Of a stretch of DNA of 64,000 nucleotides, positions 1-9,822 are shown one piece after another. The DNA lies in contig JAWCNV010000006.1 of assembly GCA_038848185.1 (NCBI GenBank), positions 16,315 to 80,314 of the forward strand. Direction: 5' to 3'. The first letter of the stretch is position 1. Each line of letters begins with the position of its first letter. The notes below the pieces were generated by a model. That model ran no database searches and was not told the origin of the DNA. It saw only the letters and a list, made by a program, of their open reading frames with translations. This DNA is from Thermoproteota archaeon. Its GTDB lineage: Archaea > Thermoproteota > EX4484-205 > JAAOZP01. A program made the position numbers and the translations under genes.

Positions 1-1154
1 TTGCGTGGGTGCTGGATAGGCTGAAGGAGGAGCGTGAGCGTGGTGTAACCATCGACGCGATGTACGTGAAGTTTGAAACAAAGAAGTATTACTATACTGT
101 TATTGATGCTCCTGGCCACCGTGACTTTGTGAAGAATATGATTACTGGTGCTAGTCAGGCTGATAGTGCTTTGCTGATTGTTTCTGCTAAGAAGGGTGAG
201 TTTGAGGCTGGTGTTAGTGCTGAGGGTCAGACGACTGAGCATGCTTTTCTGTTGTTTACTCTTGGTGTGAGGCAGATTGTTATTGGCGCTAATAAGATGG
301 ATGATCCTACGGTGAACTGGAGTGAGGAGCGTTTTAACGAGGTTAAGAAGGGTATTGAGGATTTGCTTAGGCGTATTGGTTTTAACCTTGAGAAGAATCC
401 GATTCCTATTATTCCTATTAGCGGGTGGACTGGTGATAATCTTGTTAAGAAGAGTGAGAAGATGCCGTGGTATAAGGGTCCTACTTTGCTTGAGGCTTTT
501 GACCTGTTTCAGGCGCCGCCTAGGCCTGTGGATAAGCCTTTGAGGATTCCGATTCAGCAGGTTTTCACTATTACTGGTGTTGGGACTGTTCCTGTTGGCA
601 GGGTTGAGACTGGTGTGTTGAAGCCTAATACTAAGATTGTTGTGAGGCCTGTGGATAAGGTTGGTGAGTTGAAGACTATTGAGATGCATCATACGCAGCT
701 GGAGAAGGCTGAGCCTGGTGATAATATTGGTATGGCTGTTAAGGGCCTTGCTAAGGAGGAGTTGAAGAGGGGTAATGTTATTGGTTACCCTGATGCTCCG
801 CCGACTGTTGCTAAGAGTTTCGTTGGCAGGATTATTGTGATTAGGCATCCGACTGCTATCGCTGCGGGTTATACTCCTGTGCTTCACGTGCATACTGAGC
901 AGGTTGCTTGCACTTTTGAGGAGTTGCAGAAGAAGATTGATCCTCGTACTGGCGCGGTTGTTCAGGAGAAGCCTGATTTCTTGAAGACGGGTGACGCGGC
1001 TCTCGTGAAGTTTAGGCCTTTGAAGCCTGTTGCTATTGAGGTTTACTCTGAGTTTCCGCAGCTGGGCAGGTTTGCCATCAGGGATATGGGTATGACTGTT
1101 GCTGCTGGCATTGTGACTGAGATTCCTGAGAAGGTTCCGTTTGAAGCGAAGTAG
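1..1154 (+). CDS. tuf: Translation elongation factor 1-alpha (aEF-1A/EF-Tu), C-terminal portion; 5' end lies upstream of window
   Basis: The frame stays open back to nt 1. The translation 'WVLDRLKEERERGVTIDAMYVKFETKKYYYTVIDAPGHRDFVKNMITG' matches the G-domain switch and DxxGH region of EF-1alpha. Domains II and III are complete through the stop at 1154. Confidence 0.95.
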   Translation, partial: AWVLDRLKEERERGVTIDAMYVKFETKKYYYTVIDAPGHRDFVKNMITGASQADSALLIVSAKKGEFEAGVSAEGQTTEHAFLLFTLGVRQIVIGANKMDDPTVNWSEERFNEVKKGIEDLLRRIGFNLEKNPIPIIPISGWTGDNLVKKSEKMPWYKGPTLLEAFDLFQAPPRPVDKPLRIPIQQVFTITGVGTVPVGRVETGVLKPNTKIVVRPVDKVGELKTIEMHHTQLEKAEPGDNIGMAVKGLAKEELKRGNVIGYPDAPPTVAKSFVGRIIVIRHPTAIAAGYTPVLHVHTEQVACTFEELQKKIDPRTGAVVQEKPDFLKTGDAALVKFRPLKPVAIEVYSEFPQLGRFAIRDMGMTVAAGIVTEIPEKVPFEAK

Positions 1155-1175
1155 CTGGGTTTCTAAGTTTCTCTA

Positions 1176-1200
1176 GGTTTTTCTATGTTTTTTCAGTTTT
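1176..1200 (+). terminator. Oligo-T tracts downstream of tuf (archaeal-style intrinsic terminator candidate)
   Basis: Three T runs (ggttttt, tgtttttt, tttt) lie 20-45 nt after the tuf stop codon. Confidence 0.35.
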
Positions 1201-1378
1201 AGCGTGGGCTAGTCGTCATAGGTGAATCGTTAAGCCTGTATGGGATGCTGTCCAGAGCGTTTCGGGCAATGCGTGTTTAACTTTGCTGAGGCTTGTTTTC
1301 CCGGAAATTAGAGAACCGTTTTTCTCAAGCTTTGTTTATCTTGTTTCTTAAGGGGCTGGTGGAATTTTATTACGATGA

Positions 1379-2080
1379 CTAGGTTGACGGGCTCAGCATG
1401 AAGTCGGCTGCTGCTTTCGCATGGATTTCTGTCGTGTTGAACACGGGGATGGCTGCGTCCTCCTGTTTTACGAGGAGCGGGATCTCGGTGCATCCTAGGA
1501 TTACTCCTTCGGCGCCTTCTGCGGCGAGTTTTCTTATGATTTTTACGAGCTCCTTCTTGGATGACTTTTTTACTATTCCCTTGCATAGTTCGCTGTAGAT
1601 GATTCTGTGGATTTTTTCACGGTCTGTTTTCCCGGGTGTGATTGTGTCGATGCCGTGTTTCTCCCTTAGTCTTCTCCTGTAGAAATCGTCCTCCATTGTG
1701 AACCTGGTTCCCAGCAGGGCTATTTTCTTCAAGCTTTTCTTCTTGATTTCGGCGGCTGTTGCGTCAACTATGTGGATAAGGGGGATTTTCAAGTTTTCTT
1801 GAACTTTTTCCGCCACCTTATACATGGTGTTTGAACATATGATTACTCCTTGAGCACCCGCGTCCTGGAGTTTCAGAGCTATGTTGATCATTATTGCTGC
1901 GAGCTCTCCCCATTCCTCCGCGTGCTGGAGTTTCTCAATTTTTTCAAGGTCGACGGAGTAGAGTATGCACTCCGCGGAATGCAGTCCTCCCAGTCTTTCC
2001 TTAACCTGCTCGTTTATTATACGGTAGTATTCTAGTGAGGATTCCCAGCTCATTCCGCCGATAAGCCCTATTGTCTTCAT
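1379..2080 (-). CDS. Aspartate/glutamate/hydantoin racemase family protein
   Basis: 233 aa. The N-terminus 'MKTIGLIGGMSWESSLEYYRIIN' and the 'GVILGCTEIPLL' block containing the second catalytic Cys are typical of Asp/Glu racemases. Confidence 0.8.
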   Translation of the reverse strand: MKTIGLIGGMSWESSLEYYRIINEQVKERLGGLHSAECILYSVDLEKIEKLQHAEEWGELAAIMINIALKLQDAGAQGVIICSNTMYKVAEKVQENLKIPLIHIVDATAAEIKKKSLKKIALLGTRFTMEDDFYRRRLREKHGIDTITPGKTDREKIHRIIYSELCKGIVKKSSKKELVKIIRKLAAEGAEGVILGCTEIPLLVKQEDAAIPVFNTTEIHAKAAADFMLSPST

Positions 2081-2319
2081 CCGCTAAAATTTTGTTCTTC
2101 AGGCTTAAATCCTTTGTCGAGCAGTGTAGGTCGACTGGTTAAATAACTATAAACTTTGAAAACTTTTGGCTAGTAGTCTATAAGAGGGAAATTTTGAAAA
2201 AGGCGTGGATTTACGCGGGAGAAAGTGTGGCATAACGAGGTTTCATGGCTTCTTGTAGCTTGTATTTGGTAGGAATATCCTTAAATAGGATAATCTGGAT
2301 GTAGGATATGTAACTATAA

Positions 2320-2544
2320 ATGACGGAGGTAGTTGTGACGCGTCGCGGGCAGACGACTATTCCTGCTAAGATAAGGAGGAAGTATAGGATTGTTGAGGGG
2401 ACTCGGCTTGAGGTTCTGGATAAGGATGGGGTGATAATTATCAGGAGGAAGCGTACGACCTCAGACTTAATAGGGACGGGGAGCATAGATGTTGAAAAGG
2501 CGTATGAGTTACTCTCCAAGATGAGAGAAGAGGATGACCGCTAG
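2320..2544 (+). CDS. vapB: AbrB/SpoVT-type antitoxin (VapB-like)
   Basis: 74 aa. 'VVVTRRGQTTIPAKIRRKYRI' is an AbrB swapped-hairpin motif. It overlaps the start of the downstream PIN gene by 11 nt. Confidence 0.75.
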   Translation: MTEVVVTRRGQTTIPAKIRRKYRIVEGTRLEVLDKDGVIIIRRKRTTSDLIGTGSIDVEKAYELLSKMREEDDR

Positions 2545-2929
2545 AAGGAAGGCGGTGTATGATACAAGGTTTTTCGCGACGCTTTATTACTCGAAGAATC
2601 AGGATGAGAAGGAAAGGTTGAGGCGGGAGCTTGCTGGGAGACAGTTGAAGTATGTTTCAGCAGTCAGCGTCTACGAGGTCTATAAGCTTTCAGTCCAGAC
2701 GGATGGGAAGGAGGCTGCGGACTTGAGAACAAGTCTTCTCGAGAAAGACTTCAAGGTGGTTGATGTTGACAGTAGGATAGCGAGGGAGGCGGCGTTAACA
2801 TGGTATAAGTATCATGTTCCGATGGCTGATGCTATAATAGTGGCTACAGCAAAATTATTGAAGGCGGAATGCGTCACTAATGACCCGCATCTTACCTCAA
2901 TACGGGAAATCAGGTCGCGGTGGATCTAG
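2534..2929 (+). CDS. vapC: PIN-domain ribonuclease toxin VapC
   Basis: 131 aa. The N-terminus 'AVYDTRFF' carries a conserved Asp and the C-terminus 'ECVTNDPHL' carries a conserved acidic residue, as in PIN domains. Translationally coupled to the upstream antitoxin. Confidence 0.75.
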   Translation: MTARRKAVYDTRFFATLYYSKNQDEKERLRRELAGRQLKYVSAVSVYEVYKLSVQTDGKEAADLRTSLLEKDFKVVDVDSRIAREAALTWYKYHVPMADAIIVATAKLLKAECVTNDPHLTSIREIRSRWI

Positions 2930-3053
2930 TCAAAGTCAATAGCGGGGCGGTACAACCTTTAGCCAAGCGGGCTTCTTGAAACTGGCTTGATGAAAGATAG
3001 GCATGGAGGAAATTGTTTTATTCAAGAGTAGGCTGTTTTCCGGCTGAGTGTAA

Positions 3054-4433
3054 ATGCTGCGTAACCGTGAGATTGAGGAGGTTCATGGGGCTGCGCTGCA
3101 GGTTTTGGAGGAGGTTGGGGTGATGTTTGAAAACGGGGAGGCGCTTCAGATTCTGAAGTCTAATGGGGCTGAGGTGAGGGGGAGTGTTGCACATATTCCT
3201 GAGGAGCTGGCGAAGGAGTGTTTGAAGCAGGTTCCCTCCTCCATTAACCTCTATGATCTGGATGGAAGGTTAAGCTGCAGGCTTGGGGGTGACGAGGTTT
3301 ACTTCAACCCGGGTTCAACGGCGAGCTGGTATATCGATGAGAATGGGGAGAGGAGGAGACCTTTTTACAGGGACATGGTGAGGTTTGCACAAGTAGTTGA
3401 GAAGCTGCCTTTTCTGCAGATGCAGAGCACGGCCCTGGTTGTTCAGGATGTTGAGGAGGATTTGCGCGCTGTCTCTAGGCTTCAGGCTGTTCTCGAGGCC
3501 TCTAGGAAGCCGGTTGTCACAGGTGTTTTCAGGGAGGATGATTTTGATAAGATGAAAAATGTTCTTTCGAAGTATACGGATTTGAGCGGGAAGCCGGTTG
3601 CGATATTTGATGCTTGCCCAAACAGCCCTTTACGCTGGAGCAGGCATTTAACCCATAGTGTAATTGAGTGCGCGAGGAACAATATTCCGGCGACGATTAT
3701 TTCGATGCCGATGCCCTTCATCTGTTCTCCCCCGACTCTCGCCGGGAGCCTTGTTCAGCATCATGCAGAGAACCTTAGTGGAATCGTGCTGGCTGAGTGC
3801 GCTGAGCCGGGGGCTAAGGTTATCTACGGGGGCTCTCCCTCCCTACAGGCTAAAAACCCTTTAATGAGCCACCCCGGGGTCTTGAAGCTTATTCTCGCCT
3901 ACAATCAGGTTGGGAAATACTTTGGGATTCCGACCCACGCCTACCTGGGTGTGTCTGATTCCTCAATGGTTGACGAGAGGGCTTTCGTCGAGTCAGCCTA
4001 CTGTTTGGCTAAGGGGAAGGAGGCGGGGGTAAACGTGGTTTCCGGACCCGGGATGCTGGAGGGTGAGAATACTCAAAGCATCCTGAAACTGGTGATTGAC
4101 GGTTTTATTTGCGAAAACGCTTTCACCCGAGGATCATCATTGATAAACAGGGTTCTAGAGGTAATAGATTCTGAGGATGTTTATTCTTACCGCTCCTTTC
4201 TGGAGAAGGAGATTAAGGTGAGCGAGGATACGCTTTGCCTCGGTCTGATTAAGGAGGTTGGCCCTGGCGGTAGCTATCTTAAGCCTAGTTGCGTGAGGGA
4301 GTATCATAGGGTTTTCAGCAGCGAGTTCACAATGCCCTCAGCCAGAGATTTTCAGCAGGAACCTTTGAAAGAACTGTTCGAGGAGGCAAAGAGGAAATCA
4401 GCCTCGTTTCTTAAAGCCTTTGGAAAACTTTGA
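3054..4433 (+). CDS. Trimethylamine methyltransferase (MttB) superfamily protein, non-pyrrolysine type
   Basis: 459 aa. The N-terminus 'REIEEVHGAALQVLEEVGVMFENGEALQILKSNGAEV' matches the MttB family N-terminal signature. Length fits a TIM-barrel MttB. No in-frame amber codon. Confidence 0.65.
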   Translation: MLRNREIEEVHGAALQVLEEVGVMFENGEALQILKSNGAEVRGSVAHIPEELAKECLKQVPSSINLYDLDGRLSCRLGGDEVYFNPGSTASWYIDENGERRRPFYRDMVRFAQVVEKLPFLQMQSTALVVQDVEEDLRAVSRLQAVLEASRKPVVTGVFREDDFDKMKNVLSKYTDLSGKPVAIFDACPNSPLRWSRHLTHSVIECARNNIPATIISMPMPFICSPPTLAGSLVQHHAENLSGIVLAECAEPGAKVIYGGSPSLQAKNPLMSHPGVLKLILAYNQVGKYFGIPTHAYLGVSDSSMVDERAFVESAYCLAKGKEAGVNVVSGPGMLEGENTQSILKLVIDGFICENAFTRGSSLINRVLEVIDSEDVYSYRSFLEKEIKVSEDTLCLGLIKEVGPGGSYLKPSCVREYHRVFSSEFTMPSARDFQQEPLKELFEEAKRKSASFLKAFGKL

Positions 4434-4465
4434 ACACCCTATGAACGAGGGTTGCTAAGCCTTTT

Positions 4466-5290
4466 TCACGGTTTCTGGCATCTGGGGCAGTAGTAGATGC
4501 TTCCACCCAAGTATGCTTCTTTCCTGATGGTTTTTTTGCAGACTGGGCATGGTTTGCCCACGGTTTTCTTGCTTAGTATCGTCTTGTACCCGCCGTGCTT
4601 ACCGTATAGGTCTACCTCCGTTTCTCTGCCGCCTTCAGCAACCATTTTAGCCAGGGTTGACTTGAGTGAGCTGAACAGTTCTTTCCTGTCTTTCTCCGTG
4701 AGCGTGTTCACCCTCTTCTTCGGGTGCATCTTGGCGTTGAACAGGATGTCTTGCAGGACTCCGTTCCCTAGGCCGGGGATGCGTTGCTCAGTTGCTAGAA
4801 ATGCTTTCAGCGATAGTTTACCCGTTTCCTCGCTGAACAGGGTGTTGAAATAGGCTTTGCCGAATGTTGCTTGCAGGGGTGAGGGTTTTTTCTTTGCCAT
4901 CCAGTAATACTTGTTGTCGAAACTGTCTCCAGAGAAAGCCCATAGCCCACCGTACATTTGAACCTTGGCGACTAGGGATGAACCGTCTTCGAATTCAACC
5001 CAGAGTTGATGCTTATCCGGTAGTTTTTCACTCTTCGCGTAATACTGCATGACTACTCCGTCCCCGAAAAGCAGGGTAGCGTTGCCGGCTTTTATTTCAA
5101 CCATGCCGCCATGGTTTACAGCATTGCCGACGGTTTTCCCAGTTAACAGGCTGTTGTATTTCTTCGGGTCACCGTAGTACCAGGCGAATTTATGCGGGCT
5201 TTGGGCAGCAACCACCTTCTTGATTCTCCTGCCAGTAACTGTCTCGTTAACCTGCTTGGCTAAAACAGCGGCTTCCGGCAGCTCTATCAT
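4466..5290 (-). CDS. Fpg/Nei family DNA glycosylase / AP lyase
   Basis: 274 aa. Starts 'MIELPEA' (catalytic Pro2 and Glu3 analogues). The C-terminal zinc finger 'CPVCKK...CPRCQ' is as in Fpg/Nei. Confidence 0.75.
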   Translation of the reverse strand: MIELPEAAVLAKQVNETVTGRRIKKVVAAQSPHKFAWYYGDPKKYNSLLTGKTVGNAVNHGGMVEIKAGNATLLFGDGVVMQYYAKSEKLPDKHQLWVEFEDGSSLVAKVQMYGGLWAFSGDSFDNKYYWMAKKKPSPLQATFGKAYFNTLFSEETGKLSLKAFLATEQRIPGLGNGVLQDILFNAKMHPKKRVNTLTEKDRKELFSSLKSTLAKMVAEGGRETEVDLYGKHGGYKTILSKKTVGKPCPVCKKTIRKEAYLGGSIYYCPRCQKP

Positions 5291-5372
5291 TATTTTCAGC
5301 CTAATCCCTGTCTCGACCTATTTAAGGCAATATGGTACTTATGGAGAAAAAAGTAATGAGGAAGCCTACGGT

Positions 5373-6527
5373 TTAAGTGCTTTCTACGATTTTCTTCCCC
5401 TTGCCTTTGCCTTTCCCTTTTCCCTGCCCAGGATTGGTTTTTGAACCCTGCTCCGAAGAGTCTTCTGACGTTGAATTTCCCTTACCCTTTCCTTTTCCAT
5501 TGTTCTTCATAGATGAGACTGTATCCTCCATTTTTTCGACGAGGGCTTGGGCCTGCTGTATCAGCTGGTCAGCAGTCTCCTCGTCTATGTGTTTGCCTTT
5601 CTGGGCTTGGACATGGCGGATGAAGGCTCTGAGTTTGTTTATGGCGGCATTAAGCATGTTGGCTGCAGTTTTATTCTTCTCCTCTTCAACCCAGCTTGCG
5701 AACTGATTAATCTTCCTAGCGACTCCGGTTACCCGTTGAATCAGGCTGATGTTTATCCCTATGACGTCTGCGTTGATTAAGGCTTTCAGAGCCTCAAGTT
5801 CCTTAAGCATTGCCTCAGTCTTAGCGGCTGCTGAAGCGTTCACTTGGAAGGTTGTTGAGGCGAGTAGGACACCTTTGCTTGGCTCCGTGTCGTTGTAGGC
5901 GTTGGCAACGTAGGTTCCGTTAGGAGCGTCAAAGGGTATTGCCCATTCTACGCCCGGTGGAATCGTGCCGTCGGATTGTGAAAGGAAGCTGAGCGTGGCT
6001 AGGATTTCCCCTTCGAACTCTACCTCTATCACGTAGCTGGTTTCACCGGGAACATAGCTGGTTCCGGAAAACACTACTGTCTCCTCAACCATGTACAATT
6101 GCTTGTCTGTCTGAAGAACCGGTTGGAGAATGGTAGTGTTCACGGTGAAGCTTGCGCTAGCCACTTCCTGCATGTAGGTTTCAGTGTTTTCCGGATCCGT
6201 CGTGTTGTAGACCTTTGCCTCATACAGACCACTGAGCAAGTCGCCCGGTGTACTCCACTCTACGCCGCCCGGAATCGATCCTTCCTGCGTAGAGGTGAAC
6301 TCTATGGTTGCGTAGAGGGTGCTTTCCCGAGTAATGCTTATCGAATAGGTTCCGCCGGGCAAATAACCTTCTCCAGAGAACACGACGGTTTCTCCAGCTA
6401 TGTAGCTGTCTTTATCTGTGTAGAGGGTTGGTTGTGAAACATCGCCATCCGTCGGCACGACCCGTGTCAGCACGAGTAGAGTCATGGTGATCAGGATGAT
6501 GCTTACCGCGGTCTTTCTCGTCCCCAT
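5373..6527 (-). CDS. Secreted/anchored protein with two ~100-aa tandem repeats, a coiled coil and a (GK)n tail
   Basis: N-terminal hydrophobic segment. Two repeats share '(D)KDSY..ETVVFSG.GY.PG.TY'. Central 'AAAKTEAMLKELEALKALI' heptads. C-terminal 'GKGKGKG...GKGKGKGKGKK'. Confidence 0.5.
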   Translation of the reverse strand: MGTRKTAVSIILITMTLLVLTRVVPTDGDVSQPTLYTDKDSYIAGETVVFSGEGYLPGGTYSISITRESTLYATIEFTSTQEGSIPGGVEWSTPGDLLSGLYEAKVYNTTDPENTETYMQEVASASFTVNTTILQPVLQTDKQLYMVEETVVFSGTSYVPGETSYVIEVEFEGEILATLSFLSQSDGTIPPGVEWAIPFDAPNGTYVANAYNDTEPSKGVLLASTTFQVNASAAAKTEAMLKELEALKALINADVIGINISLIQRVTGVARKINQFASWVEEEKNKTAANMLNAAINKLRAFIRHVQAQKGKHIDEETADQLIQQAQALVEKMEDTVSSMKNNGKGKGKGNSTSEDSSEQGSKTNPGQGKGKGKGKGKKIVEST

Positions 6528-6892
6528 TTACAGTAAGATGTTTCGAAAAATATTTATTATAAGCGTTTTAGGGTTGTCTACCCTTAAATCTCTTGGAAAA
6601 AAATTTATTTCAGTTCAGAATGGTTTAGAAAAGTTCTCAACTATAAATTGGCTCTAAATGAGCGGCGAATTGCTTCGCCGTGGAAATATTGGTCTTGATG
6701 AAAAATGTTTTCCGCACCTAATATTTTCCTATTGTTAAACTACCGGCGGCTTATGAGACACTTAGCTTATTCCACTGTGTTTCAGTTTAACCCATTATTG
6801 CTGTCGCCAGCGTATCTAATCAGTTTGGAGCAGAAATGTTCCAGTTTGAAGTATTGTTTATTAACCTTGAAGCAGGGTGGGAGGCATCTATT

Positions 6893-7591
6893 ATGATTGG
6901 GCCGGTTCACGCTTTGATAGGGTATCTCGTCGCATACGTTACCGTAGAGATGTTGAAGAGCAGGGGGCCTCGCGACGGGGTGCTTGCAGCTATACTTGGG
7001 GCAGCACCTGACGTTGATTACGTATCACCATTTCCGTTCGGAACGCCGTTCGGGCATCATGGGGTTACTCACTCACCGTTACTGCTGACGCTGGTCTCTG
7101 TACCATTTTTAGCCAAGTACAGGTGGAGAGCAGCCCCGTATTTCCTAGCGCTCATGTCGCATATCGTAGCGGATTTTATAGATAATACTGCTCCCCTATT
7201 GTCGCCATTCTCATGGGGGGAGTTCGGCCTGCGTCTTTCACTCTCCTCTTCGTCTATGCTGCTGGCTCATTTCCTGCAGCTTTTCATCACTGTTGCTTCA
7301 GCATACGCTATTGCTAAAGGGTGGAGGAGTTTTCCAGTATCTCTACCTGCGAAGTATGATAAGCTGGCAACACCAGTCCTAATATTGCTTGTGTCAGCCG
7401 TCCCGTTTCTGCCATGGTTAACGTATAGCGACCTCCAGTTTTTCCTCAGCTTGTCCACGGAGCCTTATTTTGCAATATCCGTTGTATTGGTACTGTCTTC
7501 CTCAATACTTGTCCTCTTGATCCTGATGCTGAACAGTAGGTTCTTAGCCCCGAGGATTTTAAGCAGATTAGCCGGATTCCTACAGTATTAA
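6893..7591 (+). CDS. Membrane-bound metal-dependent hydrolase (DUF457/YdjM-like)
   Basis: Start placed at the internal ATG 'MIGPVHALIGY' (nt 6893). A purine-rich 'gggtgggagg' lies about 8 nt upstream. His-rich motifs HHGVTHS and SHIVAD sit in a polytopic membrane protein. Confidence 0.6.
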   Translation: MIGPVHALIGYLVAYVTVEMLKSRGPRDGVLAAILGAAPDVDYVSPFPFGTPFGHHGVTHSPLLLTLVSVPFLAKYRWRAAPYFLALMSHIVADFIDNTAPLLSPFSWGEFGLRLSLSSSSMLLAHFLQLFITVASAYAIAKGWRSFPVSLPAKYDKLATPVLILLVSAVPFLPWLTYSDLQFFLSLSTEPYFAISVVLVLSSSILVLLILMLNSRFLAPRILSRLAGFLQY

Positions 7592-7624
7592 TCAAGCTAT
7601 GAGATGGCTGACGACAAGGATGTT

Positions 7625-7951
7625 TCAATATTCAAGGTATTGAAGGATGCTGGCCTGTTCCCCCGGGCTTCGAACATGCTTCTTCGCAAGACTGTAGAAT
7701 CTTCTAGCCAGGGAGAGCCTCGTGTTCTTATCTTCATCCCGGTTCAGAGCCAGTTCTCCTGAGAAAAAGTCTTCTAATAACACTGGGATATCTAGACCCT
7801 CCGCTCTTCTCCTCTCAACATATTGCAGGAATGCTTTGAAAAGAATCATTGAACAGTCACTCATCTTTCTGAGGCTACTTAGTGTTTTAAGCCTCAGCTC
7901 GCCGTAGTGTTTTGCAATGGTTTTCAGGTCTTCAGAGCAGGTTATGCTCAC
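7625..7951 (-). CDS. Hypothetical protein
   Basis: 108-aa ORF with no recognisable motif. It fills the gap between two flanking genes. Confidence 0.3.
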   Translation of the reverse strand: MSITCSEDLKTIAKHYGELRLKTLSSLRKMSDCSMILFKAFLQYVERRRAEGLDIPVLLEDFFSGELALNRDEDKNTRLSLARRFYSLAKKHVRSPGEQASILQYLEY

Positions 7952-8010
7952 TGTCTTCTAACACTATTCTAAAACTGTTTTTAAGCTCCCAGAGAACCCT
8001 GCTAATGTTT

Positions 8011-8619
8011 TTAACTCGGATAGTTTTCCTCAGCGGGACCCGTTTTATCCAGTATAAGCAGATCTATACCGTTTCCGCTCGCCGAGTCTCTCTGCAGGGC
8101 TGTCCTTATCGCCTTCAAAGCAAGCTCCTTCGCCTCGATCCTGTTCATCTTATCCCTGTACTCTGCCTCCAGTATTCCGAGCGCTATTTCTGTCCCGCTT
8201 CCTGCTGCAGCATACTTGTCCTCTATCACTGAGCCGAGGGCGTCGAGCACGTATATGCCGTGAGAGTTGAGGGTGAAGCCTCCTATAACTGTCTGCGTTA
8301 TCAGTGGGTAGAGCCTGTTCGCGAAGAGGATGTTTGATAGGAGCTTCGACAATGCTTTGGCGGTTATCTCCCTAGAGGTGTTGTACTGGAACATTCTAGC
8401 GTGGTAGTTAAGCTCCCTGACTATCGTCTGAACATCCGATATTAATCCTGCTGAGGCGAGACCTATCTTCGGAGTTATCCGGTAGAGTTTTTTAACGGAT
8501 TTACTTACCACGAATGTTCCGTATGCGGCTCTTCTGTCTGCTCCAAGTATAACTCCATCATTATACACTATTCCGACGACGGTTGCCCCAGGCATTATTT
8601 CACCCATCTTTCTGAACAC
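8011..8619 (-). CDS. psmB: Proteasome subunit beta
   Basis: 202 aa. Propeptide then 'GATVVGIVYNDGVILGADRR' with active-site Thr. Ntn-hydrolase beta-subunit pattern. Confidence 0.9.
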   Translation of the reverse strand: MFRKMGEIMPGATVVGIVYNDGVILGADRRAAYGTFVVSKSVKKLYRITPKIGLASAGLISDVQTIVRELNYHARMFQYNTSREITAKALSKLLSNILFANRLYPLITQTVIGGFTLNSHGIYVLDALGSVIEDKYAAAGSGTEIALGILEAEYRDKMNRIEAKELALKAIRTALQRDSASGNGIDLLILDKTGPAEENYPS

Positions 8620-8679
8620 CCTTGTCTATGCTTCTCCAGCCGCGAGGCCGGAAATAAGCTTTTATAGATAAATTCTTGC

Positions 8680-9783
8680 ATGTGCTTAGATAATATGGGT
8701 GAAACGCTTGAAATAGACGGCTCCATGGGTGAAGGAGGAGGCCAGGTTTTAAGAACTGCAGTAGCTCTTTCAGCGTTGCTGAGGAAGCCTATTAGGGTTT
8801 TCAACATTAGGGCTAAGCGCTCCAACCCTGGTTTAAGACCTCAGCATCTTGCCGCTGTGAAGACGGTTGCACTTTTAACGGGTGCGAAGACTGAGGGCTT
8901 GGAGGTTGGTTCAAGACAGATCGTTTTCACCCCGGGCGAGGCGAATGTTTCAAACATAGTGCTTGACGTCGGTACTGCTGGAAGCGTTCCTCTCGTGCTT
9001 CAAGCGTTGATGCCTGTTCTAGCATTCTCCCCAAGGGAGTCAAGCCTAGTGCTTAAAGGCGGTACGAACAACCCTAGAGCACCGCCAATAGACTACATTA
9101 AGGAGGTGCTTGCTAAAGCCTTGGAGGCAATGGGGTATATGGTTGGGATAAGTGTTGAGCGCAGGGGATTCTACCCGAGGGGCGGAGGCATTGTACACTT
9201 CAAGTCTAAGCCAGTCGAGTTCCTGAAGCCTTTCAGCCTCACAGAGTTCCCTAGGCTTAAAAGCATTAGGATTCTTGTTTACAGCGCTAGACTCCCCAAG
9301 CACGTGGGTGAAAGGATTGCCCGCTCAGCCGCCTCAGAGATAAGCAGGAGGCTTAGAATAGAGCCTTCTGTGGAGTATGAGTTTATGACGGGGGAGGAGC
9401 GTAATGCGCCTCTAGACCCTGGGTGCGGAATCATCATAGTTGGGACTCTTGAGAACAATATTGTGTTTGCTTCAAGCGCTCTAGGGGAGAGGGGTAAGCC
9501 TTCTGAGAGGGTTGGAGGCGAGGCGGCTCTAGAGTTCGTGAGGCAGGTTGAGCTTAAGGCTCCTGCCGACAGGAATCTTGCGGACCAGCTTGTGGTCTAC
9601 GCGGCTCTTGCTAAAGGTGTTTCAGCGTTGAGAACAAGCGAGGTGACGCTGCATGCTTTAACCACGATACGTTTGATGGAGCTTTTTCTACCTGTCAGGT
9701 TTCAGGTTGAGGGTGGGCTGGGTTCACCAGGTGGCTACAGGGTTGAAGGAGTAGGTTTTAAACGCTTAGCGGTGGAAACCTAA
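8680..9783 (+). CDS. rtcA: RNA 3'-terminal phosphate cyclase
   Basis: 367 aa. 'IDGSMGEGGGQVLRTAVALSALL' matches the RtcA N-terminal signature. A start at 8695 (MGETLEIDGS) is also possible. Confidence 0.85.
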   Translation: MCLDNMGETLEIDGSMGEGGGQVLRTAVALSALLRKPIRVFNIRAKRSNPGLRPQHLAAVKTVALLTGAKTEGLEVGSRQIVFTPGEANVSNIVLDVGTAGSVPLVLQALMPVLAFSPRESSLVLKGGTNNPRAPPIDYIKEVLAKALEAMGYMVGISVERRGFYPRGGGIVHFKSKPVEFLKPFSLTEFPRLKSIRILVYSARLPKHVGERIARSAASEISRRLRIEPSVEYEFMTGEERNAPLDPGCGIIIVGTLENNIVFASSALGERGKPSERVGGEAALEFVRQVELKAPADRNLADQLVVYAALAKGVSALRTSEVTLHALTTIRLMELFLPVRFQVEGGLGSPGGYRVEGVGFKRLAVET

Positions 9784-9822
9784 TATTTATCAAGCCTTCT
9801 AAAGCTATCTGCACGGTTAAAC

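Noticed and set aside
322-543. 73-aa ORF in an alternative + frame inside tuf (Leu/Arg-rich).
   Set aside because: Lies entirely within the highly conserved EF-1alpha coding frame. Composition is low-complexity. Frame artefact.
1308-1586. 92-aa minus-strand ORF rich in Arg/Lys that overlaps the 3' end of the racemase gene.
   Set aside because: Overlaps a well-supported gene in another frame. No motif. Typical spurious ORF.
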